Shown here: piece by piece, positions 25,207 through 33,972 of the stretch | Layout of the letters: each line of letters opens with the position of its first letter | Numbering within the stretch: the first letter of the stretch is position 1 | DNA from: an uncultured Rhodospirillales bacterium | Lineage (GTDB): Bacteria; Pseudomonadota; Alphaproteobacteria; Acetobacterales; Acetobacteraceae | Direction of reading: 5' to 3' | DNA length: 54,565 bases | Assembly: GCA_945957135.1 (NCBI GenBank) | Contig: CAMFLK010000001.1 | Coordinates: forward strand, 1-54,565 | Notes under the pieces: model-generated | The model's database searches: none | Told to the model about the DNA's origin: nothing | What the model saw: the letters and a program-made list of their open reading frames with translations, nothing else | Translations under genes and position numbers: made by a program

Positions 25207-28200
25207 TCAGTTCCTCCCCCCCGTTGGTTCCTGCCCGCGCGCGCCGGGTTGCAGCGGGTTGCCGGATGGCCCGTCGAAAATGCCGAACACCCCGCGCAGG
25301 AAGCCCGGTGTCAGCGCGGCCAGCGGATTGACGGCCACGGTGGGGTCGCCGCACGGCCCGTTGATCGTGTAGGTCGCCGCGAACAATCCGCCGCCGCGTT
25401 CGGGGCTGAAGATGCGGCCGAGCACGGGGATGTTGCCGAGCAGCGAGTTGAAGAAATAGGCCGGCACGATGGTGCCGTTCAGGGCGCAGCGATCGGCGGC
25501 GAGGTCGATGTCGCCCTGTGCGGTCATGCCCAGCGCGGCGTTGAAGGCACGCGCGTCGTTCAGCGTCAGCCGGTCCTCGGCCAGGCGGAATGGGGCGATC
25601 AGCTGGTCGAAGCCCAGCCCGGTGCCCTCCACCAGGTTCACCAGCCCGTAGAGCGTCATGCCCTGAAGCACCCGGGCGAGCGCGGGCGCGTTGCGCATGC
25701 GGAAGTTGGAGATTTCGGCATGGCCGGTCAGCGGGTGGGCGGCGTCGCGGTCGTCGTAGCTGCCGGACAGGGTCAGGTGGCCGTCGTACATGTCGTCGAT
25801 CACGCCCAGCGCGCGCAGCAGCCCGCCGGCATCCTCGGCCTTGCCGTCCAGCGTCCGGCCGCCGGGGCGGGGGGTGATGGCCAGCGAGAAGGGCCGGCCA
25901 CCGTCGCTGTTTCCGGCGAGCCGCCCCTGGCGAATGATGCGCCCGTCGCTCTCGCCATGGGCGGTGACGGCGGTGAGCAGCCGGTTCGGTCCCAGCACCA
26001 CCCGGTCGAGCCGCGCATCGACATTCCAGGGTGGGCCAGAGGGAGGCGGGCCAGATTGGGGCGGGCCAGATTGGCGCGGGCCGTCCTTGTCGCCGGACCG
26101 CGCGTCGCGCCTGCCTTCGCGCTTGCCGAACTGGGCGGAGGCGTCGAGGCTGGCGCCGGTGAGATTGGCCACATAAGGGTCCGTGGCGCGCTGCGGCAGG
26201 GCGAGGTCGCCGCGCAGATTGGTGTCGCGGCCAAGCACGAATTGCTGCAGCCGCAGGGTCTGCGGCCGCCCCGCCGCGAAGCCCAACGCGCCCTGCACCG
26301 CCAACCCGTCGCCGGTGACGCGGATGTTGTCGATCCCGGTCAGGCGGTCGCCTTCGAGCTGCACCCGCGCCTCGGCCACGGCCGGCACGGCGGGAGGCTT
26401 GCGCCAGTTTAGCCAGGGCAGTTGCAGCCCGGCCCGCGCGAGGTCGGCGCGCACGGCGATTTCGGTGCGGTTGTCGCGCCGGGTTTGCAGGTTGACGCGC
26501 AGGTCGGCGGGGCCGGTCAGCACCGGGCCGGCATCCAGCCCCACGGCGCGGAGCTGGGCGGCGTCGGCGGTGGCGGTGACGGCGATCTTCTGGGTGATCT
26601 GCGTGGCGTTGCCCGGGCGGAAGTCGAACTCCGCCTGTGCCTGGCTGGCGATGCCGCCGAGCTCGGCGGTGCCCGAAAGCTTCATGCCCTGGGTGGTGGC
26701 GTCCAGGTCGATCTGGCCGTTGTCCAGGTCGCGCCCGGCCACCAGCGCGCCGAGATGCAGGCCGGTGACCTTGGCCACCGCCCTGAGCACCAGCGCCTCC
26801 ACCGGCACCTCGTCCTTCAGCGGCAGGCGGGTGATGGTCAACCGCCCGGCCATCTGTCCGCGCGGGTCCTGCAGGTCGAGCGGGTGGTGGTCGAACAGAT
26901 GCAGCCGGGGGTGGCGCAGCACGGCCAGCAGGTCGGGCACCGGGCCTTCGAGGTCGCCGGCGATGTCGAGGAACTGGTCGGGCGCGGCGAGGCCGGTGAA
27001 GACCAGCTTGCCGCCTTTCAGCACCAAACGGCTGTTGGCCTGGTGGCCGCCGTCGATGCGGATCTCCATGCTGTCCGGCCCGGTCACCGTCACCATGCCG
27101 TTCGCCTGTTCGATCGGCGGGATCGGGCGCAGCCAGTGGGCGGTGATGTCGTGCCCCTCCAGCCCGCCGGTCAGCGCCGTCACCGCGAGGTCGCCGCCAT
27201 CGGCCGCGGCGCTGAGCTTCACCTCGGCATGGGCGTTGCGCACCGTGCCGGCGGTGAGGTTGGTCACCAGCCAGTCATGCGCGCCGTGCCCGCCCACGCC
27301 CTGGGGCCACAGCGCCGGCAGGTCGGCCAGCGCCAGCCGGTCCACCCCAAGGCTCAGCTCCGCCGCCCGTCGCCCGTCGCGTTCGCGCAGCGTGCCGCTG
27401 GCGGTGATCCGGGTCACCGGCCCGTCCGGCTTGGCCGCGACGTCGAGCCGCAGCGCGGTCAGCGCCTGCTCGGTCAGCGTGCCCTCCAGGCCCATTTCGC
27501 CGCCACGCAGCTGGATGGTGGTGCCGTGATAGGTGGCGCGGCCGGCCGCGAGCAGGGCGTGCAGGCGCAGTTGCGACTTCGCGGGATCGGCGGTGATGCG
27601 GCCGGAGGCCGAGAGGCTGAGCGGCGCGTCCAGCGCGGCGAGCGGGGCCAGGCGCGGAATGGCGGCGGCGATCGCGGCCGGCACCACGCCGGGCAGCTCG
27701 GCGGTGAAATCCAGCGCGTCGCTGCCCGGCGGCAGGTCGGCGCGCACCGTCAGGCTGGTGGGGCTGCCGCCCATGGCGAAATCCACCCGGATATCCCCGG
27801 TCAGCCCGCCCTCCGGCCGGCGCCGCAGGTCGAGATCGGCGCGCGGGGTGCGCCAGACGAAATCGAGCTGCCGGTCCACCAGCGTGATCCGCGCGTCGCG
27901 GATGCGCACCCGGCGCAGCTGGCCCCAGTCGGACTCGGCGTTCCAGTCGGTGGGCTGCGGGCGGGCCAGCTCGGTCAGCACCCGCGTCAGCAGCGGGGTG
28001 GAGGGTTTCGCGGGGACGGACTCGATCGGCGGTGTGTCGGCGGGGGGCGCGTCGGCGGTGGGGGCGAAATCCAGCGCCACCGCGCCATCCGCCCCGCGCA
28101 CCAGCCGCAGGCTGGGGTTGCGCACGTCGATCGCCCGCAGCATCACCCGCCCGCGCAGCAGCCCGGCGACGGAGACCGACACATCCACCGCCGGCAGGCT

Positions 28201-28518
28201 GGCGAGCAGCTGGCCGGCGCCGTCATAGGCGGCGACGTTGGTCAAGCGGATATCGAGCGGCCGGTCCACGCCTCCGGTGAACCCCTCCCACACCAGCGCG
28301 GCGCCCCCGATGGCGATGCGGCCCGGCGCGTCCGCGTCGTTGGCGGCCGCCTCGATGCGGCGGGCGAGGAAGTCCATCTCCAGCGGCCCGGTGGAGAGGC
28401 GCCAGGCCAGCCCCACCGCGCCGAGCACCGCCAGCACCACCAGGGCGAGCACCAGCCGCACCAGCCGGTGCAGCCCCGATCCTCCCCAGCCCGCGGCTTG
28501 ACCGATCACGCGCCACAT
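25207..28518 (-). CDS. AsmA-like / DUF3971-type large envelope protein (YhdP/TamB-like architecture)
   Basis: ATG at 28518 (MWRVIGQ). One N-terminal TM anchor (LVRLVLALVVLAVLGAVGLAW), then a ~1050-aa periplasmic beta-rich region. Family assignment is from memory of the architecture. Confidence 0.7.
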   Translation of the reverse strand: MWRVIGQAAGWGGSGLHRLVRLVLALVVLAVLGAVGLAWRLSTGPLEMDFLARRIEAAANDADAPGRIAIGGAALVWEGFTGGVDRPLDIRLTNVAAYDGAGQLLASLPAVDVSVSVAGLLRGRVMLRAIDVRNPSLRLVRGADGAVALDFAPTADAPPADTPPIESVPAKPSTPLLTRVLTELARPQPTDWNAESDWGQLRRVRIRDARITLVDRQLDFVWRTPRADLDLRRRPEGGLTGDIRVDFAMGGSPTSLTVRADLPPGSDALDFTAELPGVVPAAIAAAIPRLAPLAALDAPLSLSASGRITADPAKSQLRLHALLAAGRATYHGTTIQLRGGEMGLEGTLTEQALTALRLDVAAKPDGPVTRITASGTLRERDGRRAAELSLGVDRLALADLPALWPQGVGGHGAHDWLVTNLTAGTVRNAHAEVKLSAAADGGDLAVTALTGGLEGHDITAHWLRPIPPIEQANGMVTVTGPDSMEIRIDGGHQANSRLVLKGGKLVFTGLAAPDQFLDIAGDLEGPVPDLLAVLRHPRLHLFDHHPLDLQDPRGQMAGRLTITRLPLKDEVPVEALVLRAVAKVTGLHLGALVAGRDLDNGQIDLDATTQGMKLSGTAELGGIASQAQAEFDFRPGNATQITQKIAVTATADAAQLRAVGLDAGPVLTGPADLRVNLQTRRDNRTEIAVRADLARAGLQLPWLNWRKPPAVPAVAEARVQLEGDRLTGIDNIRVTGDGLAVQGALGFAAGRPQTLRLQQFVLGRDTNLRGDLALPQRATDPYVANLTGASLDASAQFGKREGRRDARSGDKDGPRQSGPPQSGPPPSGPPWNVDARLDRVVLGPNRLLTAVTAHGESDGRIIRQGRLAGNSDGGRPFSLAITPRPGGRTLDGKAEDAGGLLRALGVIDDMYDGHLTLSGSYDDRDAAHPLTGHAEISNFRMRNAPALARVLQGMTLYGLVNLVEGTGLGFDQLIAPFRLAEDRLTLNDARAFNAALGMTAQGDIDLAADRCALNGTIVPAYFFNSLLGNIPVLGRIFSPERGGGLFAATYTINGPCGDPTVAVNPLAALTPGFLRGVFGIFDGPSGNPLQPGARGQEPTGGRN
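26033..26086 (-). repeat. In-frame 15-bp tandem repeat (about 3.5 units) inside the AsmA-like gene
   Basis: Plus-strand units GGGCCAGAGGGAGGC / GGGCCAGATTGGGGC / GGGCCAGATTGGCGC / GGGCCGTCC encode ..PRQSGPPQSGPPPSGPPW.. Confidence 0.85.
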
Positions 28519-28535
28519 TGTCAGCCTGCCGCGCC

Positions 28536-31496
28536 ATGGCGAAACCAAGCAGGCTGCCGGCGATCTGGCCCGAACCCGCGGACGAAGGCGCGGCCGGCCG
28601 GCTGCTCGAACGCTTCGCGGAACTCGACGCCCCCCAGGCGCGGCTGCTCGACGATCCCGCCGCCCGCGCCCTGCTGCGCTGCATCGGCGGCAACGCGCCC
28701 TACCTCGCCGACCTCGCCCTGCGCGAGGCGGACATCCTGCCGCTGTTCGCCCGCTCCGGCCCGCTTCCGCTGGTGAACCGCGCCCTTCGCATGGTGACCA
28801 CCCTGCCGCCCGGCTCGCCCCAGCCGCGCGTCGCCGCCACCATGCGCCAGGCCAAGCGCGTCGTCGCCCTGGTCACGGCGCTCGCCGATATCGGCGGCAT
28901 GTGGAAGCTGGAACAGGTCACCGCCGCGCTGTCCGACCTCGCGGAGGCCACGCTGGGGCTGGCCGTGCGCCACCTGCTGCGCGCCGCCCACAACGCGCGC
29001 GACCTGCGCCTGCCCGACCCCGCCGACCCCGCCACGGGTTCCGGCTTCATCGTGCTCGGCATGGGCAAGCTGGGCGCGCGCGAGCTGAACTATTCCAGTG
29101 ATATCGACCTCATCCTGCTGCACGACCGCGATGCCGGTGTCTATCACGGCGACGAGCCGCTGGCGCTATACAGCCGTCTCGCCCACGGGCTGGTGCGGCT
29201 GATGGAGGCGCGCGACGCGGACGGCTACGTCTTCCGCACCGACCTGCGCCTGCGCCCGGACCCCGCGGCCACGCCGCCCTGCATGGCGATGCAGGCCGCC
29301 ATCTCCTACTACGAGAGCATGGGCCAGAACTGGGAGCGGGCGGCCATGCTGAAGGCCCGCCCGGTGGCCGGCGACCTCGCCGCCGGCGCCGAGTTCCTCG
29401 CCGCCATCCGCCCCTTCGTCTGGCGCCGGCACCTCGATTTCGCGGCCGTCGCCGACATCCACGCCATGAAGCGGCGCATCGACGAGCACAAGGGCCGCCC
29501 GGCCTCCGCCGACCCCGATCCCGTCGCCCGCATCGCCGGCCACAACGTGAAGCTCGGCCAGGGCGGCATCCGCGAGGTGGAGTTCCTGGTGCAGACCCTC
29601 CAGCTCGTCTGGGGCGGCCGCAACCCCGACCTGCGCAACCCCCGCACGCTGGACGGGCTGCGCATCATGGCCCGCGCCGGCCATGTCCCCCGCCGCACCG
29701 CCACCGAACTCGCCGCCGCCTACCGCTTCCTCCGCCAGGTGGAGCACCGGCTGCAAATGGTGGCCGACCGCCAGACCCACACCCTGCCGGAATCCCGCGC
29801 CGAGCTCGAACGCTTCGCCATCTTCATGGGCCAGCCCGACGCCGAGAGCTTCGCGCGCCTGCTGCTGGCCCATGGCGAGCGGGTGCGTGAAGGCTACCAG
29901 CGCGTGTTCGGCGACATCGCCGCCCCCGAAACCGCCACCCAGCTGCCGTCGCTCGACTTCCGCGGCGCCGGCGACCTCACGCCCCAGACCAAAACCGCGC
30001 TGGAAGCGATGGGCTACCAGGACACCGCCCGCGTCGCCGCCGGCGTCCGCGCCTGGCAGGCCGGCCGCATCCGCGCCCTGCGTTCCAGCCGGGCGCGCGA
30101 GCTGATGGAGCAGGTGCTGCCCCACCTGCTGCACACCATCTCCCGCCAGCCCAGCCCGGACGCCGCCTTCGCCCGGTTCGACGCGTTCCTGGCCGAACTG
30201 CCGGCCGGGGTGCAGCTGCTGTCGCTGTTCCAGCGCAACCCGCAGCTGCTCGACCGGGTGGCCGCCGTGCTCGGCGCCTCCCCCTCGCTCGCCAACCACC
30301 TCGCCCGCACCCCCTCCGCCCTGGAAGGGCTGCTGGCCCCGGACGAGCAGGTGGATTACGGCCGGATGATGCGCCTGCGCCTGGCCGATGCCGAGACGCT
30401 GGAAGACGCCATATCCATCATCCGCGCCACCGTCAGGGCCGAGGAATTCTCCGTCTCCGTCGCCACGCTGGAAGGCCGCATGGATGCCGACGCCGCCGGC
30501 GCCGTCCGCGCCGACCTCGCGGCCCAGGCCCTCGCCGCCCTGCTGCCCCGCGTGCTGGCCGATTTCGAACGCCGCCACGGCAGGGTGCGCGGCGGCGCCA
30601 TGGCCGTGGTGCTGATGGGCAAGGCCGGCGGACGCGAGATGATGGCCGGCTCCGACCTCGACCTGATGCTGATCTACGACCACCCGGAAACCGTCCACGA
30701 AAGCACCGTCCGCAAGGGCGGCCGCGCCATGGCCGCCAGCCAGTGGTTCATCCGCGCCGTCCACGCCTTCGTCGCCGCCCTCACCGCGCCGGACGCCGAG
30801 GGGCCGATGTACGCGGTGGACATGCGCCTTCGCCCCTCCGGCAACAAAGGCCCGGTCGCCGTCTCCCTCTCCGCCTTCGCGCGCTACCACGGCCCCGCCG
30901 CCGAAGGGGACCGCGCCTGGACCTGGGAACGCATGGCCCTCACCCGGGCGCGGGTCGTCGCCGGCCTGCCCGCCCTGCGCCGCCAGGTGGAGAACGCCAT
31001 CCGCCTCGCCCTGGCCGGCGCCGGTGCCCCCGACGCCATCCGCGCCGACGCCACCGCCATGCGCGCCCGCATGCTGCGCGACCTGCCGCCCACCGGCCCG
31101 TGGGACGTGAAGCTGCGGCCGGGCGGGCAGATCGAGGTGGAATTCATCGCCCAGGTGCTGCAACTCATCCACGCCGGCAGCCACCCCGAAGCCACCAGCC
31201 CCACCACCCGCCTCGCCTTCGAACGCCTCGCCGCCGCCGGCCTGATCTCGCCCGACGATGCCGCCACCCTCATCCAGGCCGACCGGCTGTGGCGCGGCGT
31301 CCAGGGCCTGCTGCGCATCACCTATGGCCGCGGCGCGCCGCCCCAGCTCTCCGACTCCGCCCTGCGCGCCCTGGCCCGGATCGCCGACACCAAGCCCGAC
31401 ACCCCGCCCGACCCTGGCGCCCTGCACGCCGCCTTCGACGCCCAGGCCAGCCGCATCCGCGCCCTGTTCGAACATCTCGTGGGAAAAATCACATGA
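28536..31496 (+). CDS. glnE: Bifunctional glutamine synthetase adenylyltransferase / adenylyl-removing enzyme
   Basis: Two nucleotidyltransferase domains (GMGKLGARELNYSSDIDLILL and LMGKAGGREMMAGSDLDLMLIY). Length about 985 aa. ATG at 28536 (an upstream TTG at 28518 is possible). Confidence 0.9.
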   Translation: MAKPSRLPAIWPEPADEGAAGRLLERFAELDAPQARLLDDPAARALLRCIGGNAPYLADLALREADILPLFARSGPLPLVNRALRMVTTLPPGSPQPRVAATMRQAKRVVALVTALADIGGMWKLEQVTAALSDLAEATLGLAVRHLLRAAHNARDLRLPDPADPATGSGFIVLGMGKLGARELNYSSDIDLILLHDRDAGVYHGDEPLALYSRLAHGLVRLMEARDADGYVFRTDLRLRPDPAATPPCMAMQAAISYYESMGQNWERAAMLKARPVAGDLAAGAEFLAAIRPFVWRRHLDFAAVADIHAMKRRIDEHKGRPASADPDPVARIAGHNVKLGQGGIREVEFLVQTLQLVWGGRNPDLRNPRTLDGLRIMARAGHVPRRTATELAAAYRFLRQVEHRLQMVADRQTHTLPESRAELERFAIFMGQPDAESFARLLLAHGERVREGYQRVFGDIAAPETATQLPSLDFRGAGDLTPQTKTALEAMGYQDTARVAAGVRAWQAGRIRALRSSRARELMEQVLPHLLHTISRQPSPDAAFARFDAFLAELPAGVQLLSLFQRNPQLLDRVAAVLGASPSLANHLARTPSALEGLLAPDEQVDYGRMMRLRLADAETLEDAISIIRATVRAEEFSVSVATLEGRMDADAAGAVRADLAAQALAALLPRVLADFERRHGRVRGGAMAVVLMGKAGGREMMAGSDLDLMLIYDHPETVHESTVRKGGRAMAASQWFIRAVHAFVAALTAPDAEGPMYAVDMRLRPSGNKGPVAVSLSAFARYHGPAAEGDRAWTWERMALTRARVVAGLPALRRQVENAIRLALAGAGAPDAIRADATAMRARMLRDLPPTGPWDVKLRPGGQIEVEFIAQVLQLIHAGSHPEATSPTTRLAFERLAAAGLISPDDAATLIQADRLWRGVQGLLRITYGRGAPPQLSDSALRALARIADTKPDTPPDPGALHAAFDAQASRIRALFEHLVGKIT

Positions 31497-31966
31497 CGAC
31501 CCAACCCCTCGCCGTCGGCGACAAGGCCCCCGCCTTCGCCATGCCGGCCAGCTTCGACCGCACCGCCAGCCTGAAGGCCATGACCGGCAAGGCCTTCGTG
31601 CTCTACTTCTACCCCAAGGCCGATACCTCCGGCTGCACCAAGGAAGCCTGCGCCTTCCAGGAAGCCCTGCCCCAATTCAACGCGATCGGCGTGGACGTCA
31701 TCGGCGTCTCCCCCGACCCCATCCCTCCCATCGAGAAATTCGCCAAAAAATACGGCCTCGCCTTCCCCCTCGCCTCCGACGAAGCCAAACAGACCGCCGC
31801 CGCCTACGGCACCTGGGTCGAGAAATCGATGTACGGCCGCAAATACATGGGCATGGAACGCACCACCTTCCTCATCGACGCCAAGGGCCGCATCGCCCAG
31901 ATCTGGCGCAAGGTGAAAGTGGACGGCCACGCGGCGGCGGTGAAGGCGGCGGCGGAGGCTTTGTGA
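31493..31966 (+). CDS. bcp: Thioredoxin-dependent peroxiredoxin Bcp
   Basis: ATGA overlap with the glnE stop. Peroxiredoxin motif YFYPKADTSGCTKEAC. Confidence 0.9.
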   Translation: MTTQPLAVGDKAPAFAMPASFDRTASLKAMTGKAFVLYFYPKADTSGCTKEACAFQEALPQFNAIGVDVIGVSPDPIPPIEKFAKKYGLAFPLASDEAKQTAAAYGTWVEKSMYGRKYMGMERTTFLIDAKGRIAQIWRKVKVDGHAAAVKAAAEAL

Positions 31967-32051
31967 CAGTATAACCTCAGTACAAATCGTCATGGACGGG
32001 CTTGTCCCGTCCATCCACGCGGTCAATTCGCCGCCGGCGGTGCCGAGGAAG

Positions 32052-32205
32052 CAAGAAAGGCAAGAAAGCGCTTCTTTTTTGAAAAAAAGAAGCAAAAAAC
32101 TTTTTATATTTGAAGAGTACACGCGTCGTCGCTTCGGGACTCGTCCCAAAGTGAAAAAGTTTTTTGGTTCTTTTTTTCAAAAAAGAACAATACTTACTTT
32201 CTTGC
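32052..32205 (+). repeat. AT-rich nested-palindrome element, copy 1
   Basis: Outer arms GCAAGAAAG..CTTTCTTGC. 24-nt palindrome GCTTCTTTTTTGAAAAAAAGAAGC (32071-32094). AAAAAACTTTTT (32095-32106) pairs with AAAAAGTTTTTT (32155-32166). Second palindrome GTTCTTTTTTTCAAAAAAGAAC (32168-32189). Nearly identical modules recur at 35784-35954. Confidence 0.9.
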
Positions 32206-32682
32206 GTGCTGCGGGGAATCCCGCATCCGCGGCCGCTCCCGCCGAATCACGGGGCGCACGACCCAGGCGATGACCGGCCGCGCCACTGGTCGCGCCGCCC
32301 GAGGACGGACGGGGCGCCGCAGGACGGGGCGCTGGGCCGTGGATTGGGGGAAGTCGAGGGAGTCTTGCGGCGTGTTCGGCAGCAGCCGCAGCACCTGCTC
32401 CAGCCAGTCCTGGCCGGTCTGCGGGCGCTTGGCGTGGCGGCGGCGCTGCGCGCGGGGGTGCGGCGTGGCGGGGAGGGAGAGGTCCTCCCCCGCTTCCCAG
32501 CGGACGATCAGCCCGTCGAGCCGCCGGGCGACCCAGCCCATGTAGCAGCCGAGCAGGACCATGATGAGCGCGCACACCCAGCCCTCGCCGCCCTTGCTTT
32601 CGGCAAGGGTGGCGCGAGCCTGGGCCGGGATATCGGCGAGGCGGGCAGCCAGCGGTGAGGTGAAGGTGTGGGTGTTGCGCAT
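32194..32682 (-). CDS. Hypothetical small membrane protein with an Arg/Pro-rich tail
   Basis: Very high GC3 in this frame. One TM (WVCALIMVLLGCYMGWVA). The tail carries RPV-type repeats. The TAA stop lies inside the AT-rich element. No family recognised. Confidence 0.55.
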   Translation of the reverse strand: MRNTHTFTSPLAARLADIPAQARATLAESKGGEGWVCALIMVLLGCYMGWVARRLDGLIVRWEAGEDLSLPATPHPRAQRRRHAKRPQTGQDWLEQVLRLLPNTPQDSLDFPQSTAQRPVLRRPVRPRAARPVARPVIAWVVRPVIRRERPRMRDSPQHARK

Positions 32683-32724
32683 GCCCCTATTCTATCGGTC
32701 GGCGCGCGCGTTGGCGGGATTTTT

Positions 32725-32751
32725 ATCGTGATATATCGTGAACGAGCGTGA
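32725..32751 (-). promoter_or_regulatory. Three direct repeats (ATCGTGA / ATCGTGA / AGCGTGA on the plus strand) phased exactly 10 bp apart, upstream of the small membrane-protein gene
   Basis: Repeat starts at 32725, 32735 and 32745. On the coding (minus) strand the order is TCACGCT-N3-TCACGAT-N3-TCACGAT. A TAGAAT hexamer (32694-32689) lies 6 nt before ATG 32682. Confidence 0.4.
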
Positions 32752-32808
32752 ATTTTCTTGCGAACGACTCTCGGCTCGCGGCGTCAGCGTCCAGGAGGCG
32801 AGCCCGGC

Positions 32809-33972
32809 TCAGAACCGCTCCTCCCCCGTCGGCTCCACATGCGGCGTGCCGTTCATGCCCTGCCGCAGGCGGGAGAGTTCGGTGTAGATGCGCAGGCGGG
32901 CGCGGTTCTGGTTGCCCAGGGGGCGGTGGTCTTCCAGCGCGTGCCAAGGGTTGAACGACAGCACGCCGGCGAAGGCGCGTTGCGGAAGGCTGTCGAATGC
33001 CTGGCTTGGGATGTGCAGCGTGCCCACGCGCTGGGCGGTGGCGAAGGGCCAGCGCACGGAGGCGTTCTCGATGGGCATGCGCGCGGGGTCGGTCTGCAAC
33101 TGCACCAGCAGGTCGAACGACGCGTCCTCGCCGGCCAGGGTGGCGGCCAGGGTCTCGCGCAGATAGTCGTCGGGCGGGCGCAGCGGCAGGCGGGGGACGC
33201 GGCTGCGGGTCGTGCGCCGGGGGCGCCACATATACTGCATCGCCTGCGCCGGGCCGAGCCGGTAGGGCACGCAGCCCCAATAGGCCGTTTCCAGCGGGCT
33301 GGTCTGGGTGCGCGCCCACAGCCCCTGCATCAGCGCGTCGAGAATATGGGGGTCGCGGCCGAAGAAGTAGAACAGCGGCAGGCCGGCGCGCACCGCGGCT
33401 TGCAGCTTGGCGTTCTCGCGCACATCCGGCGTGGTGAAGATCGGCGTGGAGATGCCGGTGAAATCCTGGGTGCGCGCCTCGTCGTCGAGAAGTTTCGCGC
33501 CGGGCACGTCCATCAGCTTCATGCCGATGCTGAGCACGCCGACATCCTCGATATCCGGCGGGCTGTCCGGCCCCGGCCCGGCGAAGCGCACCCAGGTGGG
33601 ATAGGCGCGCGGGGTGGCGAACACGCCGTGGCGATAGGCCGGCGGCAAATCCTCGGCCACCGTGAAGGTGGCGCGCACCACGCCATGCGTCTTCGTGTTG
33701 CCGCCGCGCTGCCAGCGGCCCGGCACGTATTGCGTGCGCATATAGGCGACCATGTCGGCGATGATGGCGTCCACCAGCGCGTCCTCGTCCGCCAGCTTCG
33801 TCTCCTCGCCCAACGCGGCCGGCGGCCCGGCCTTGCGGCGGATCAGCGCCTGCACTAGTGCCGCGAGCGGCGCCTGGAACAGAAAGTCGAAACCGGGGCG
33901 GACAAACGGATCGAACCGCCGCTCCAGATGCAGCAGCCCGGTCGCCGCGCGATGGATGGCTTGCAGGATCAT
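32809..33972 (-). CDS. Catalase-related haem protein (mini-catalase, allene-oxide-synthase-like class)
   Basis: ATG at 33972 overlaps the GMC stop (ATGA). 387 aa. Distal-side NTKTHGVVRATF (Thr-His dyad). Proximal-ligand motif RLRIYTELSRLR (RxxxYxxxxxxR type). The longer 879-aa ORF was rejected. Confidence 0.75.
   Translation of the reverse strand: MILQAIHRAATGLLHLERRFDPFVRPGFDFLFQAPLAALVQALIRRKAGPPAALGEETKLADEDALVDAIIADMVAYMRTQYVPGRWQRGGNTKTHGVVRATFTVAEDLPPAYRHGVFATPRAYPTWVRFAGPGPDSPPDIEDVGVLSIGMKLMDVPGAKLLDDEARTQDFTGISTPIFTTPDVRENAKLQAAVRAGLPLFYFFGRDPHILDALMQGLWARTQTSPLETAYWGCVPYRLGPAQAMQYMWRPRRTTRSRVPRLPLRPPDDYLRETLAATLAGEDASFDLLVQLQTDPARMPIENASVRWPFATAQRVGTLHIPSQAFDSLPQRAFAGVLSFNPWHALEDHRPLGNQNRARLRIYTELSRLRQGMNGTPHVEPTGEERF

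Noticed and set aside
31992-32273. ORFs translated through the AT-rich elements (FLKKRSKKLF.., FFGSFFQKRT..; also 35822-36040 and 31977-32180)
   Set aside because: The Lys/Phe-rich peptides are a by-product of A/T homopolymers. The reading frame is not preserved between the two copies because homopolymer lengths differ. The sequence is palindromic, which indicates a structural rather than a coding element.
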